Source of the DNA: Lama guanicoe
Lineage: Eukaryota
Direction: 5' to 3'
DNA length: 64,000 nt
Assembly: GCA_013239625.1 (NCBI GenBank)
Contig: MU053823.1
Location: 689,565-753,564, forward strand
Position numbers and translations under genes: made by a program. Position 1 is the stretch's first letter. Each line of letters begins with the position of its first letter. Shown here in pieces: positions 1-12,000 of this stretch. The notes below the pieces were generated by a model, which saw only the letters and a program-made list of their open reading frames with translations, was not told the DNA's origin and ran no database searches.

Positions 1-1478
1 TTCCCTCCAGCGAGGTCTGAATAGGCTCTACCCAAGGGCACTTTCATGTTTATTGGGAAGTGAAAAGGGAGTCATTGCTTTCGATACTGGAACTTGTGCA
101 CAGAGACTGCAAGGGTTTTTTAGAACATTAAATAGGATAAACATTCAAAATATTAAAATATAAAATAGAGGGAGAGTGAAAGGGAAATCAATGGCAGACA
201 ACTGTGGTCAGCTCTTGAAACAGAAATGGCAGGTGTGTCCTTGGTCGCAGCTGGGGACTGTGGGCTCTAGCAAGATTGCAGGTGTCAGCCACATCCCCAG
301 CCCTGTGATAATTTCTCTTCCAACTTTAGGGGAGTAGCTACCTGCAATTATGTTATCTGCTCCCCTTTTAATCTTCTAGTCCTTCTAACACTGTTATAAC
401 CGAGTCCTTGCGGTAAACACCCTGTCTAAAGTACCTACAGTGGTTTCTGTTCTCCTGGCTGGTCAATGACTGACTGGGGGAACAGTCACTGTACTGACTC
501 TATAGGACCGTTAGGAGTAAATAAGTTAATACACATAAAGCACTTAAAACAATACTGGCACATAGGCATTCAACAGATGTTAGCAATTATTATGTCAAAA
601 AATGAATGTGCCTTCCAGTTGTCTATTATAGCAAAACTGTTTTCCCACCTTGGACATGTAAATAATTTCCACAATGTCCCCTTCTCATTTGTTAAGTCAC
701 ATCCCTTCTGTCAAATCAAATCCTAACCCATAGTCCTCAAGGATGGAGATGAGACAAACTCTCTACTCCCTGTGGTTTAGCCACCTAGTCATACACACAG
801 TTATAGTAAAACCAAGTAGGAGCACAAGTTGAAGAACAAAGTTGCCCAGAAATTAAAATAATTCCGTTGAAAGACAAACAAAACAAAACAAAACAAAACC
901 TGTTAATCCCATCACCATCAAAAATATCTATGCACTGATGCCTGGATCTTGAAAGAAACCAGCCAAATTTGGCATGATGAATCATTCAAATCTGAGTGGC
1001 TTAAAGAAAAGTTAGCAAATGTTGCTTCTTCTATTGATTTACAGATTATTGATTTTCTATTATAGTACGTATCCAGGGCAGCCAAGGAAGGGAGATTGGA
1101 GGGGAAGTAAACTGAGTGTTTCATGAACACCCTTCGTGACTTTAGTTCCGTAAAACTTAAAATGAACAAAGGACAAGGCTTCAGTCTGTGTTCATCTAAT
1201 CAAATGAGAAGCCATAGGGACTTTTTTGTGGGGGACAGGATTCACGGCTACTGAGAGATAGATGGTTCTCACAAATGTAGGTCTAAATAACTTTCTGAGT
1301 AAATTTTGATGGATTTTTTAGGTTAGCTATCTTATTTGTTCAGTATTTAGAAAATGTCTTCTCCATTTCCTTTCTCCTTTGCCTTTTCTTCCCCATTTCA
1401 TTTCCACTAGAATAGGGGCAAAGAAGGTGGCATGACGTAATGGTACTCGGTTGGAAAACTACCCAGTTTTTCTTTCTG

Positions 1479-2329
1479 TGTAGAGAAACCCGCAGGTCCC
1501 CATTTCCTGTCTCCATTTACTTTCCCACAGCTGACACTTCACTTTGACACTTCTGGTCACCAAATGTGTGTTTGTTTGTTTGTTTGTTTTTCCCCATCAT
1601 ACAATTCTGTGATGCCAAGTGGGTGTTCCACAATTTAACTGAGTCCTGACACTGTCTACCTGGAGACAGCATTGCATCCCACAGGTTAAAGGTGAGTGCC
1701 ACAAAACTGCTGCTCAGCTCAGGTGCCAATCTCAAGCAGTAGGTAGATCCCCAGGTCACCCACCACTTCTGTCTGTCTTGGCTACAAATCTGAGGTCCCA
1801 GGACTTCCTTCCCCTGGGATGTGATTATTTCCTAGAGTGGCTTATAGACTCAGGGAAATGCTCATTAAGTTCACTGGTTTATTAAAGGATATGATAAAGG
1901 ACACAGATGAACAGTCAGGTGAAGAGATACATGGGGCGAGGTCTGGAGGGTCCTGAGTGCAGGAGCTTCTGTCTCAGCGGAGTTGGGGTGTGTCACCCTC
2001 CCAGTACATGGATGTATTCACCAACTTGGAAGTTCTCTGAACCCCATACTTTTGGGATTTTTATGGAGGCTTCATCACACAGGCATGATCAATTATTAAT
2101 TCCATTTCCAGCTCTTCTCCTTTCTCAAGAGGACTGGGGTGGGACTGAAAATTCCAAGCTTCTAATTAAGGCTTGGTCTTTCTGGAGCCCTCACCCAGGA
2201 GTCATCCTGGGGCCTGTCCAGAGTCACTTCATTAGAACACTCTTAACACTAGGAAATTACAAGGGTTTCAGGAGCCAGAGGCACAGATCAAGATACATAT
2301 TTTTCTTATTATAAAGCACAATCTTACCA
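1479..2329. mobile_element. Solo LTR, MER21-like (ERVL)
   Basis: TG...CA ends and recalled family blocks (GCATCCCACAGGTTAAAGG, CTGGTTTATTAAAGGATATGATAAAGGACACAGATGAA). Subfamily from memory. Confidence 0.65.
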
Positions 2330-2827
2330 TACTCATTTCAGATGAAATGTCTTTCTACATTGGTTACATTTGTCAGTCATTTAGGGAAAAATGGTGTTAG
2401 AATGCTAACTCCATCTTAGTTATTATGTTCTCTGTTACGTAGCTTCTGAAATTCTAAAAACCAATGTGTCAATGTTATCGTTACCTAAACAAACATGATA
2501 AGTCTTATTTCAAATGTAAATTAATATTACTAAAAAATTAACAATAGTAATAACTTACACCTCGAAGACTTAAGTACCAGACACTGGGCTAAGTGCTTCA
2601 TTGGCTGTATGTTATTTAACTCTAACTATATACCCCAGTGATGAAGTAGATACCAATATTAGTACCTCATTGTCAAAAAAGACACTGAAGTGCAGAAGCT
2701 GATGAATTATCCAAGTTGTGGTTACATCCACACCACGATGTAAATGGCAGATTTAGAAACAAGACAGCCAGCCTCCGGAACCTTTGCTCTCTGCCCCCAT
2801 GCTGATTAGCCCTTTGACTGTTAATCT

Positions 2828-3587
2828 AGTCTATTCTCTGTAATTATGATGGTTACGCTCTATAAAGTCACCAACAACACTGAATTAGCAGACATCGAAC
2901 CACTGCTGTGAGGAGAAATACAGGGTAGTTTCTTCCAACTTCTGGTCACTGCATTTTGGTCAACTGATTAATGTATCATCTTGTTTTTATTAATTTACTT
3001 ATTTATTATTTAAAAATTTTTTGGGGGGGCAGATTTATTTATTTATTTATTTATTTATTTAATGGAGGTACTGGGGATTGAACACTGGACCCCATGCATG
3101 CTAAGCATGCTCTCTACCACTGAGCTATACCCGCCCGCTACATCTTGTTTTATATGTGTTTCTGTTTAAAGACACCTTATTTAATCCATATTGTTGATTC
3201 ATGAACATTGACCTCTTCTCCAAAAGCACTGTGATTCATACCTGAGTGAGACTAACTAACATGTATTTTCTCTGTGAGGCACCTCTCAGCCTTCAGCACT
3301 ATGCTTGGGAGTCATTTTAAACAGCAAAATCACCTACAAAAAGCACAAAAATGTGAACTTGGCACTAAACAGACTGTGCAAAGGACACTTCCTTACAGGA
3401 TGAAAGATGAAACAAGAAGTCGACCTTGATTGACAGCTGAGTATGCACATGTCTGGTGATTCAAAATTTTTGCCACCCTGTGCGTAGCTGGGAGTGACTG
3501 TGAATATTGATTTGGGGGTTACAAATAAATTTTAGTAAATAGGCGATCACAAATACTGGAGTCCATGAATAACAGAGATATACTGTA
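2828..3587 (-). mobile_element. MER82-like Tigger DNA transposon relic interrupted by a SINE
   Basis: Recalled MER82 blocks (TATAAAGTCACCAACAACACTGAATTAGC; TTGGGGGTTACAAATAAATTTTAG). The nested SINE is flanked by CATCTTGTTTT repeats. Confidence 0.6.
3010..3136 (-). mobile_element. tRNA-derived SINE (camelid Vic-1-like)
   Basis: Reverse complement has A box TAGCTCAGTGG, B box GTTCAATCC and an (AAAT)n tail. Confidence 0.85.
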
Positions 3588-4189
3588 TTTGCTAAGATCC
3601 TTGTATATTCTGTATATTTTCTGGATGGAGAGGTTAGGGCAGAACTGCATATTGGTTAAGGACCTGGGCTTGGAGACACAGATCTATGTCTGCCACTTGT
3701 GATGGACAAATCACTTAATCACACTGTATTAGTCTCTTTACCTAGTAAGCAGGGTAATAATAGTAGTTACCTGTTGCACACAAGCATGTAGAATGGCACC
3801 CAGTACTTAATAAATGCTAGTCATTACTATAACTCAACCAACAGGGGCAGGAGTCCTAATCAGACATGCAAACATTTAAGTGTAACGTATAGGCAGCTGT
3901 TATGTTGGTATCAGAAGTTTAAGGTTTTCTCTCCTGACACTTCAATACTGGATGAGAAAGTCAATGACCTTTCTGTACCTCAGCATATTTTTAAATAAAA
4001 ATGGGGATAATACAACATACTAGGCAAGATTGCTGTGAGAAATAAACGCAATAGCGTAAGTGAAAGCATTTTGTAATCTGAAAGGCGCTATGTAAATATC
4101 AGGTAATATCATCATGTTTACTGTTGAAATCAATGACTAACAACTTAGTTGCTTCACATATCACCTTTTTAAAAAACTAATCATTTATT

Positions 4190-4325
4190 TTTTGTTGTTT
4201 TTGTTTTGGGGAGAGGTAATTACGTTCATTTATTTACTTATTTATTTTAATAGAGGTGCTGGGGATTGGACCCAGGACCTCCAGTATGCAAAGCATGTGA
4301 GCTAGCATCAAGATAGACTCTCCCC
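4190..4325 (-). mobile_element. tRNA-derived SINE (Vic-1-like)
   Basis: GAGGTGCTGGGGATTGGACCCAGGACC with AT-rich tail. Confidence 0.75.
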
Positions 4326-4351
4326 TCTAGAACTTTTGAATTGTGTAGCTC

Positions 4352-4365
4352 CTGCCCCCTAGTGG
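4352..4365 (-). promoter_or_regulatory. CTCF core motif
   Basis: CTGCCCCCTAGTGG, i.e. CCACTAGGGGGCAG on the minus strand. Confidence 0.6.
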
Positions 4366-5566
4366 TACGCAGAGATGAATTCCCACCAAGACATTTTACA
4401 TTTTCTTAAAGAACACTTCATCCTTGCAAAGAAAAAAGGAAATCATCATTCACTTAACAAACAAAAAAATGTATGGAGTTCCTACTATAGTCTGGAAACT
4501 ATGATAAATTCTGGATAAATACAAACATGTTTCTTGCCCTTGGAAAACAGACATACCTAGAAACAGTCGAATGCAATGTGATAAGAACTTAAACTGAAAT
4601 ATAAAAAATGTTGTGGGAGCACAGAGGAGGGAGTCACTAGTTCTATTTAGGGAAGCTGAGGAAAGCTTCTCAGATAAATTGATATTTAAATTATACCTGA
4701 AGGCATTTTACCAAAGAATGAATGGGAAGGGCATTTCAGTCTGTGCAAACATGTTGGTGTGTTTGGAAAATAATAGCAGTGTAATCAGATCAGTTAGAGA
4801 GGACATTGAGGGTGAGAGTGAGGAAGAGGGGTTGAGGAAAGTGGCTCTACATGAGTCTGGAAGGAAAAGTTGGGGCAGATTATGAAGATGCATCTAGTTA
4901 AGGTGATTAGACTTCACTGTGTAGCCAGTGGTGCATTTGTAAGATAACTGTTTCAAAAAGCAGAGTATAATGCACATAACAATCTTAGTACATGTCCTAA
5001 TTATCAAAAATACTCTAGGTCTTTCTTCATTATTTTTTTTTAACTGTAAAATGGTGAGCAATGTTAGATCCTTTTTTACTTTTTCACTGTGAGTCAGGAT
5101 GCATTCGTGGGTCTTAAAATCAATTTTGTGTGTTGAGAACAACATAAAATAGAATAAGAACATAATAAAAACTATAAATTGCCATCACTTTTAGTAAGGG
5201 TGTCATTTTGGAAAACTTTTTTTTTCAGTGATACTTATTTGTGTATATATGGGTACACTGGGTTCTAATATAAAATATGCCCTTACTGTGGGTAATGATT
5301 TTTCAAAAAGACTTGAAAAAAACTACTAAGTAATGTCTAAAGGATTCTCCTAAATTAAAGTTCCTACACTTCTATTATCTTCTAATGATTGACTGATTCT
5401 TCTGAAGTAAATCTCATTAATTTAATTTACAGGTAGTTGGAAAAGGTTCTAGGTAGTCTTTCAATGGAATGTATAAATCGTTAAAAAGTTTGAGGTCTAC
5501 CTACATGTACTGACATAAAAAGGTGTCTTGATGTATTGTTAAGTAAAAGGCAAAATGTGCACAGGC

Positions 5567-5738
5567 TGTATAATATGATGACATTTGTGAAAATTCATAG
5601 ACTCACATATACACCCATACTTACAAATGCATAATGCATAGAAAATGACAGAAAGAATATTGTATAATATGATGACATTTGTGAAAATACACCCATACTT
5701 ACAAATGCATAATGCATAGAAAATGACAGAAAGAATAT
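5567..5738 (+). repeat. Tandem duplication, 94 + 78 bp
   Basis: 5567-5660 and 5661-5738 are identical except that the second copy lacks TCATAGACTCACATAT (16 nt). Confidence 0.95.
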
Positions 5739-5819
5739 ACAAAAAATTGTTTACAGTAGTTAAGTCAATGAAGAATGAAAGGAAGGTGGATCCTAAGGAG
5801 CAGGGTGGTGGACTCTAAA

Positions 5820-6650
5820 ATTTTTAATATAAATTTTATTTAGTTATTAACTCATATGATAAAATGCATGCCTTTTGAGTATGCATTTTCTTGAGCCTTG
5901 ACTAATATATACACTTTGTGTAACCAACACCAAAATCAAGATATAGGATATTTCCATCACTCACTCTTCCCTCAGATGGCCTTGTATCTCTTTCTATTAA
6001 ATTCTTCATCCTCTTTGGCATCAGGCAACCACTTAATTTCTGTTACTGCAGATTAGTCTTTTTAAGAATTTCATATACATGGAGTCATACAGAGTATATT
6101 CTTTTGGGCCTGACTTTTTGTTGTTCTTGTTCAGTATAATGTTTTTGAGATCTATCCATATCATTGTGGGTATTACTAGTTTAATTTTTTAAACTGCCAT
6201 CCCTGAGTATTCGTATTTGACCCTCTCCACTGCTATACTGTTTATCTTACTACTGTCGTATGTCAGTATGACAGTGTTCTATTACAGGGATACACCACAG
6301 TTTGTTTATCAGCTCACCTATTGATTGACATTTAGTGCAGTTTCTTGGTTTTGACCATTTACAATTTACAAAACTGCTATGAACATTTGCATGTATGTCT
6401 TTCTGTGAACATATATTTTACTTTCTCTTGGCTAAATATCTTGGAGTAAAATGCTGGGTCATATGATAAACGTGTGTTTAACTTTTAAGAAAATACAAAG
6501 CTTTGTTTTCCAAAATGGTTGTGCCCTTTTAATTCCCCACTAGCAACGTATGAAAGTTGCTCCACATTCTTGACAGCATTTTGTCGTTATCAAGTTTTCT
6601 TTTAAGCCATTCTACTAGCTGTGTTGTGTTCTAATTGTAGTTTCAAATAC
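5820..6650 (-). mobile_element. Old LINE-1 3' end (L1MB/ME-like)
   Basis: Typical antisense L1 3' blocks (ACTGCTATGAACATT, CTGGGTCATATG, TTCCAAAATGGTTGT). Confidence 0.75.
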
Positions 6651-8189
6651 ATAATATGTAAGTATATATGGCATAAAATTGTTAATAATATAGAGATGTG
6701 GAAATTTCACTTTTCATTTTATACACTTTTAAACTCTGAAGTTTTTTGCAAAGTATACGTAGGGTCCTGAAATTGGGGGATTTGGGGAAATGCCCAAGTT
6801 CAATGATTAGACTGAAATAGAAATTTTGTATTATTCAACAATTATTATTGCCTACTATGTGAAGGGCCTCATGCTGGGTGCTAAAAAAGAAAAGTTCCTG
6901 CCTTTATGGAGCTTATGATTTAGTGGGAGATATTCGAAGAAGAATAACACATTAGGTAAAACAAAAAGGTGTAACAGAAGCAAGCAAGTGGAAGCATTAG
7001 AGAAAGTTCATCTAAAGCACTCAACAAAGCCACAAGAGGTTATTATCTGAGCTGATTATGTGACCATATTAATTAGTTTGCCAAACTGACAGGATAGGGT
7101 AGAATGTTTAAGGTAGAAGGTTTAATGCATGAAAGGTATGAAGACTATGAAGAACATGGACTATCCAGGAAACCATAAGCAGTTCAGGATTACTGAAATT
7201 TTAAGTGAAAGTTTATTTTAAAAAAAAATCTTGAATCCTTTTCTATGACCTTAGTATCTATATATCTATACTTACTTATTTACTATCTTAAAGCATCCTA
7301 TCCTAATGGATAAGCCATTAACCAGTTTGTTGATAAGACATTCATGTCGTTTCCATTTTTTCACTATTACAATGTAATAATTATTGTATATATTTTCTTG
7401 CACATATAAAAATTTCTCTAAAATAGCTATTAGTGGATTTGCTAAATTGAAGGTAACGATGCACAGAATTTTGATCAATTCTGCTAAACTTCTCTTCCGA
7501 AATGATGTACAAATTTACAATCCTGCCAATAGTGTATGAGAGTAACTAATTGCCCATATCGTTACAAGGGCTAGATATTATAAATCCTTTTGAATCTTAA
7601 GATATCACTTTGTCATGCACAGTAGACAAACTAGAGACAGGTTTTCAACTAGTCAACATAAAAAAGTGGTGAAGTCCTCCACTGTTGTTGTCATTTCGTA
7701 TCTCGATTTTCCAGTTGCTGTCCGTGCTAATCAAATCATTAACGTGACAGTGTTGTGGCAAATTCACATTTGGAGCCTACAAGGAACATATTTATGGAGA
7801 GAGTTCAGTAGGATTTATTATTATTATAGAACTGGAAGCAAGTAACAGCTATTAAAATAAATGCTTTCCCAATTGGTTAGGAATTGAGTAGATCCCATTT
7901 ACAGTTTAACATGGTCAAAATTTCCAAAAAGTTAACCAGAATACACACTGAAAGTGTGGCAGATTATTTCAACAGGTACCGTTCTGGAAACTCCTAGATA
8001 AAAAGATGCGATTATAAGGCGATGAATCAGGCTGGGCATTTTTGACGTTTAGACTCTGGAAGGTTAAAATCCACGTTTACAACTGGGTCATACACTTCCT
8101 GTACGTAGTCAGTTTGGGTTTACCGACGGATGGGTACCCCTTTTCTGCTGGGAAACTAGGGTTAAGAAATGACTCTTAGAAGAAAAAAA

Positions 8190-9050
8190 TTCGCCAGACT
8201 TCAAGATGGTCGTCGTCCTCCCAAAGGACCGCGCGCACCTGCCGCGGAGCAAGATGGCGCGTTTCCTCATCACTTCTCCAGGATGGAGATTTCCTTAACG
8301 TGAATCACGCAGTTGGAGGGCATCCCTGCCATTACCCAAGATGGTGAGTCGCGCAATCTCACCGTTTCCAGATTTCAACATGGCTCCCTCAAGCCGCGCC
8401 ACCGGAGCTTAATCTCAGGAACCAAGCTCAACTCGCGCGGAAGTAGCGTCAGCGGAAGTTGTTGCGTAACGCGACGCCCCGCCCCCACGCCCGCCCCCGT
8501 CCCGACGCCCCGCCCCCGGCGGCGCTGAGAGCAGAGCCAAGATGGCGGCCGAGCTGGAGTACGAGTCTGTGCTGTGTGTGAAGCCCGACGTCAGCGTCTA
8601 CCGGATTCCGCCCCGGGCCTCCAACCGCGGTTACAGGTACTGACTCCGAGGCACTACGGCGCACGCGTGCCGGTCGGGGATGACACTTCCCTCCTCGGGT
8701 AGCACGCTGCCTGTCCCTGCCACTGCCAGCTCTGGGTTGTCACCTTGCTAGCCTCCCCACCTGGATTATTATCGCCCTGGTCTGCTCTTCCCCGATTCTG
8801 GACTGCCATCATCCTTGTTTCCTCCGCTTAACAAAAAAAATTACCCTCCTGTGTCCTCCCACTCCTCCTCCCCCGGACCCTCTAGGTTCCCCATCTGCTC
8901 CCCATCATTCACGTCCAGTCTTGCCAGCTCCACCGCCGGTCACCTTTCGTTTCGCTCTTCCCTGCGTCCTTCAGCTTGTCACCCTCATCTCCCCTTCCTT
9001 CCCTCGCCGTCTCACACACGCTTCCAAGACCCCGTGCGCATCTGTGGGTA
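8190..9050 (+). promoter_or_regulatory. CpG-island promoter of NECAP1 with YY1-, ETS/GABP- and Sp1-type motifs
   Basis: CpG-dense stretch around exon 1. CAA(G/C)ATGG at 8202, 8250, 8337, 8376 and 8538; tandem GCGGAAGT at ~8437 and ~8452; CCCCGCCCC boxes at 8477-8517. Confidence 0.85.
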
Positions 9051-12000
9051 ATCATTGTGTTCTTGGCTCCTCTCGGGATGAGCTCATTTTTCTTTTGTGC
9101 TGTTCAGTCTTGCCACCAAATATCGTCTTCCATCGTATGGTTTTCCCTTCAGCTCTTTTGCCAGTGAGCAAAGGTTAAGATCCTAAGTTTTCCAACGCTT
9201 GTCCAGTCCGTTACTTTTCAGTGTCTTTTCTCTGTGGCTCTGTAGTATTTGCTGCCTCCCTTCTCTCTTAACTTCTCCTATAGCCTTTGCTTCTAGAGTT
9301 AACGCAGCATTTTCTTTGTAGGGTTAACAAACCACCTTGTAATCCCATGACTGTGAGGGTCTTTGGATGCTGTAGGAAGTTGTGAAGTCATGCAGTCCAA
9401 AGAGTTAACATAACTCAGTGGGTTACCTGTTTAAAAATACGGTCATGAGCCCTGGCAACTTAACAGCTATATGATTTGGGACAAATTTCTTAACCTCTCC
9501 AAGCCTAAGTTTTCTCATCTGTAAAATACGAAAAAAAAGTTGATAATAAAACCTGCTCTAGCTGTGTATCCTGTAGAAGTTTTTGGAGGGGTTATTAAAA
9601 TCATGTAATAAGTGTGAAAAAGAATTTAAAATGAATTTCCTATAAAGAATTTAGGAAAGAGTAAAGCAGTATATAAATATAAGATACTGTTTTTATTTCT
9701 CTGACTCACATCACCATCATGATTTTCCTCTTGGCATTTATTGTTACCTTCTCTGAAAAGGTATCCTTTCCTTATGTCCATTATTTTGCCTCCTTACTAG
9801 AGGTTCCTTCATCATGAATCAGTATCTCTGTGCTTACTGACCTGTGCACTAGACCCTGGGGGTTGTACCCTTTGGCACAGAGGTAGTCCTAATTTCAGGC
9901 TTTCCATCGGATTCCCAAATTGATGATGAATAGGAATCTACATATTTTTGGATGGTAGTCGCAGGTACTAATATGTGTGAGTCAGCTGAGACATCTCCTT
10001 CCTTGGGAAGCCCTCCTGGATCTTCCATCCTGGCTTAGGTGTGGTCTCCGTGCGCTTCCGTAGCACCTGTGCCTGTCTCTATCCCGGTGCTGCTCCTTCC
10101 GCGTTGTAATAGATTGTTTGGTCTCCCGTGCCTTCAGACTGGACTCTGAACACCTTGAGGTCTTTTTAAACTTTGTATTCCCAGGGTCTAGCAGTTTCTG
10201 GCACATAATGAGGCCTCTGTAAATGTTGACTGAAAGAAGAAATTAGTAGATTACACTTAATTATAACAATTAGCACTGATTGAACTGTTAAATAAGGTAA
10301 AAAATAGCTCATGACGTCCAACTTTAGGAGCTAAGACATCCTAAGGGATATGATACACATTGAAGTGGCATTCTGTTCTTTTTCTTCTACTTTATTCATT
10401 TTTTTTTAATGAATGTACAGGGGATTGAACTCAGGAATTGTGCATGCTGAGCCCCCCACTCTACAGCTGAGCTGGACCCAGCCCCACTTCAGGCTATTTA
10501 AAAGACCTTTTTCTCTTACCCATCTACAGCCTCTACCTTCACTTCCGGGTTTATCCACAACCTTTATCCTTGTGTCAGTAACTGCACTGAGCCATCAAAG
10601 TGATTTCTTAATTTTCCTCTTTTTCTTGTTACCATTCTGTGTTTTCCATGCTTATTATTGGCATCTTATGCTATCAAAGGAGTTTTACATCAGCCACTCT
10701 TCACTTGAAGAGAGCAGAACTGAGTTTGAGTTGTGATTCTCCTTGATTTGCTGGGTTACTTTTGGCAAGTTACTTAACTCTTTTGAACTTTAGTTTCCTC
10801 ATGTATAAAAATGGATATACTGTTACTAACTTTGCAGGATCCTCTCACTTAATTTTTACCAGAATGGGCATAATTCCTGGCACATAATAGATGCTTGACA
10901 AATAGTACTTTTCTGTGTTTTTGTCTGTGTCGTCTATTCTGTTGTTTACCAGAACCCATTTTATATTATGAGCATGATTTACACTCCAGGCTGCCATTAA
11001 AGGAAAAACTCAACTTTATAGGAAGCAGGAGAGAGAAATGCTTTCTTTGAGTGACTAATAAGCTCAGAGGGAGTAACTGACTTTGATTCTCCTAGTGTAT
11101 GTAAGCTGTTGCTTCCCAGACTCTCAGTGACCAGACTTACGGAAGGAAAATTTAGGTTGATGCCAAACTTATAAGTGGTTAGAAAATGGTTTCCCAATCT
11201 GTAAAACTGTTTTTTTAAATTCATTATTACCTGCTTCCCCAGCTAAATCAGTATTAAACTCAATAGTGTGTTTTAATGTAATGAACAGAATGCTGGACTT
11301 TGAAGTTAGGGATCATTCCTTACTGTGCTGTTGTCCTTTTCTTCATCTGGAGAGAGGTGTTAGGTCTTTCATGCCTATTTCATACGACGGCTGTAAGAAT
11401 TTATTGCCAAGTAGATGAAAATTTCTGAGGTCAGTTTTGAAGACCAGTAAAACCAAGATTTCCTCAGGCTAGGTCTGGGGTGTGGGAGAGGAATTAAGGC
11501 TCAGGATGGAGGGAAACTGCTACCATGAGCATCCATTCACCTACTGAGAATTTGTTACACATTGGCCACTAGATACACAAATAAGCCAAGGAACCTGTCC
11601 AGAGAAACACATCTAGGCAGGCTTGTTCCTAATATTTTCAGTAGACCATTTACACTCTGTCTAGCTGGTGGTGGTATAGTGGAATAAGTAACAGCTCATT
11701 TAAAAAATCTAATAGACAGGGACCTCTAGGGCGCTCTCGTCTGGATCAGATTCAGGTATTGAAGGTCTGTGAGGCAGGGCATCAAGAGAGAAGGGCATGA
11801 CAAAGATTTATCTTATAAATCCTATTCAGAACCTGTGCTAATTAAAATTTTCATTTCATCCTTTTCACCTTTTGCCTTCCATCTTGTTCAGCTTTTTAAA
11901 ATTTTGGTGTACTTTCTGGGTTCAATCCCCAGTACCTCCATTAAAATTTTGGTGTACTTTTACTGTTACCTTCCTAACCTGCAAGTATTAGTCTTCAGGT

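Noticed and set aside
1..8100. Expected neighbour C3AR1 upstream of NECAP1
   Set aside because: No long GPCR ORF or recognisable exon in this interval; mostly repeats.
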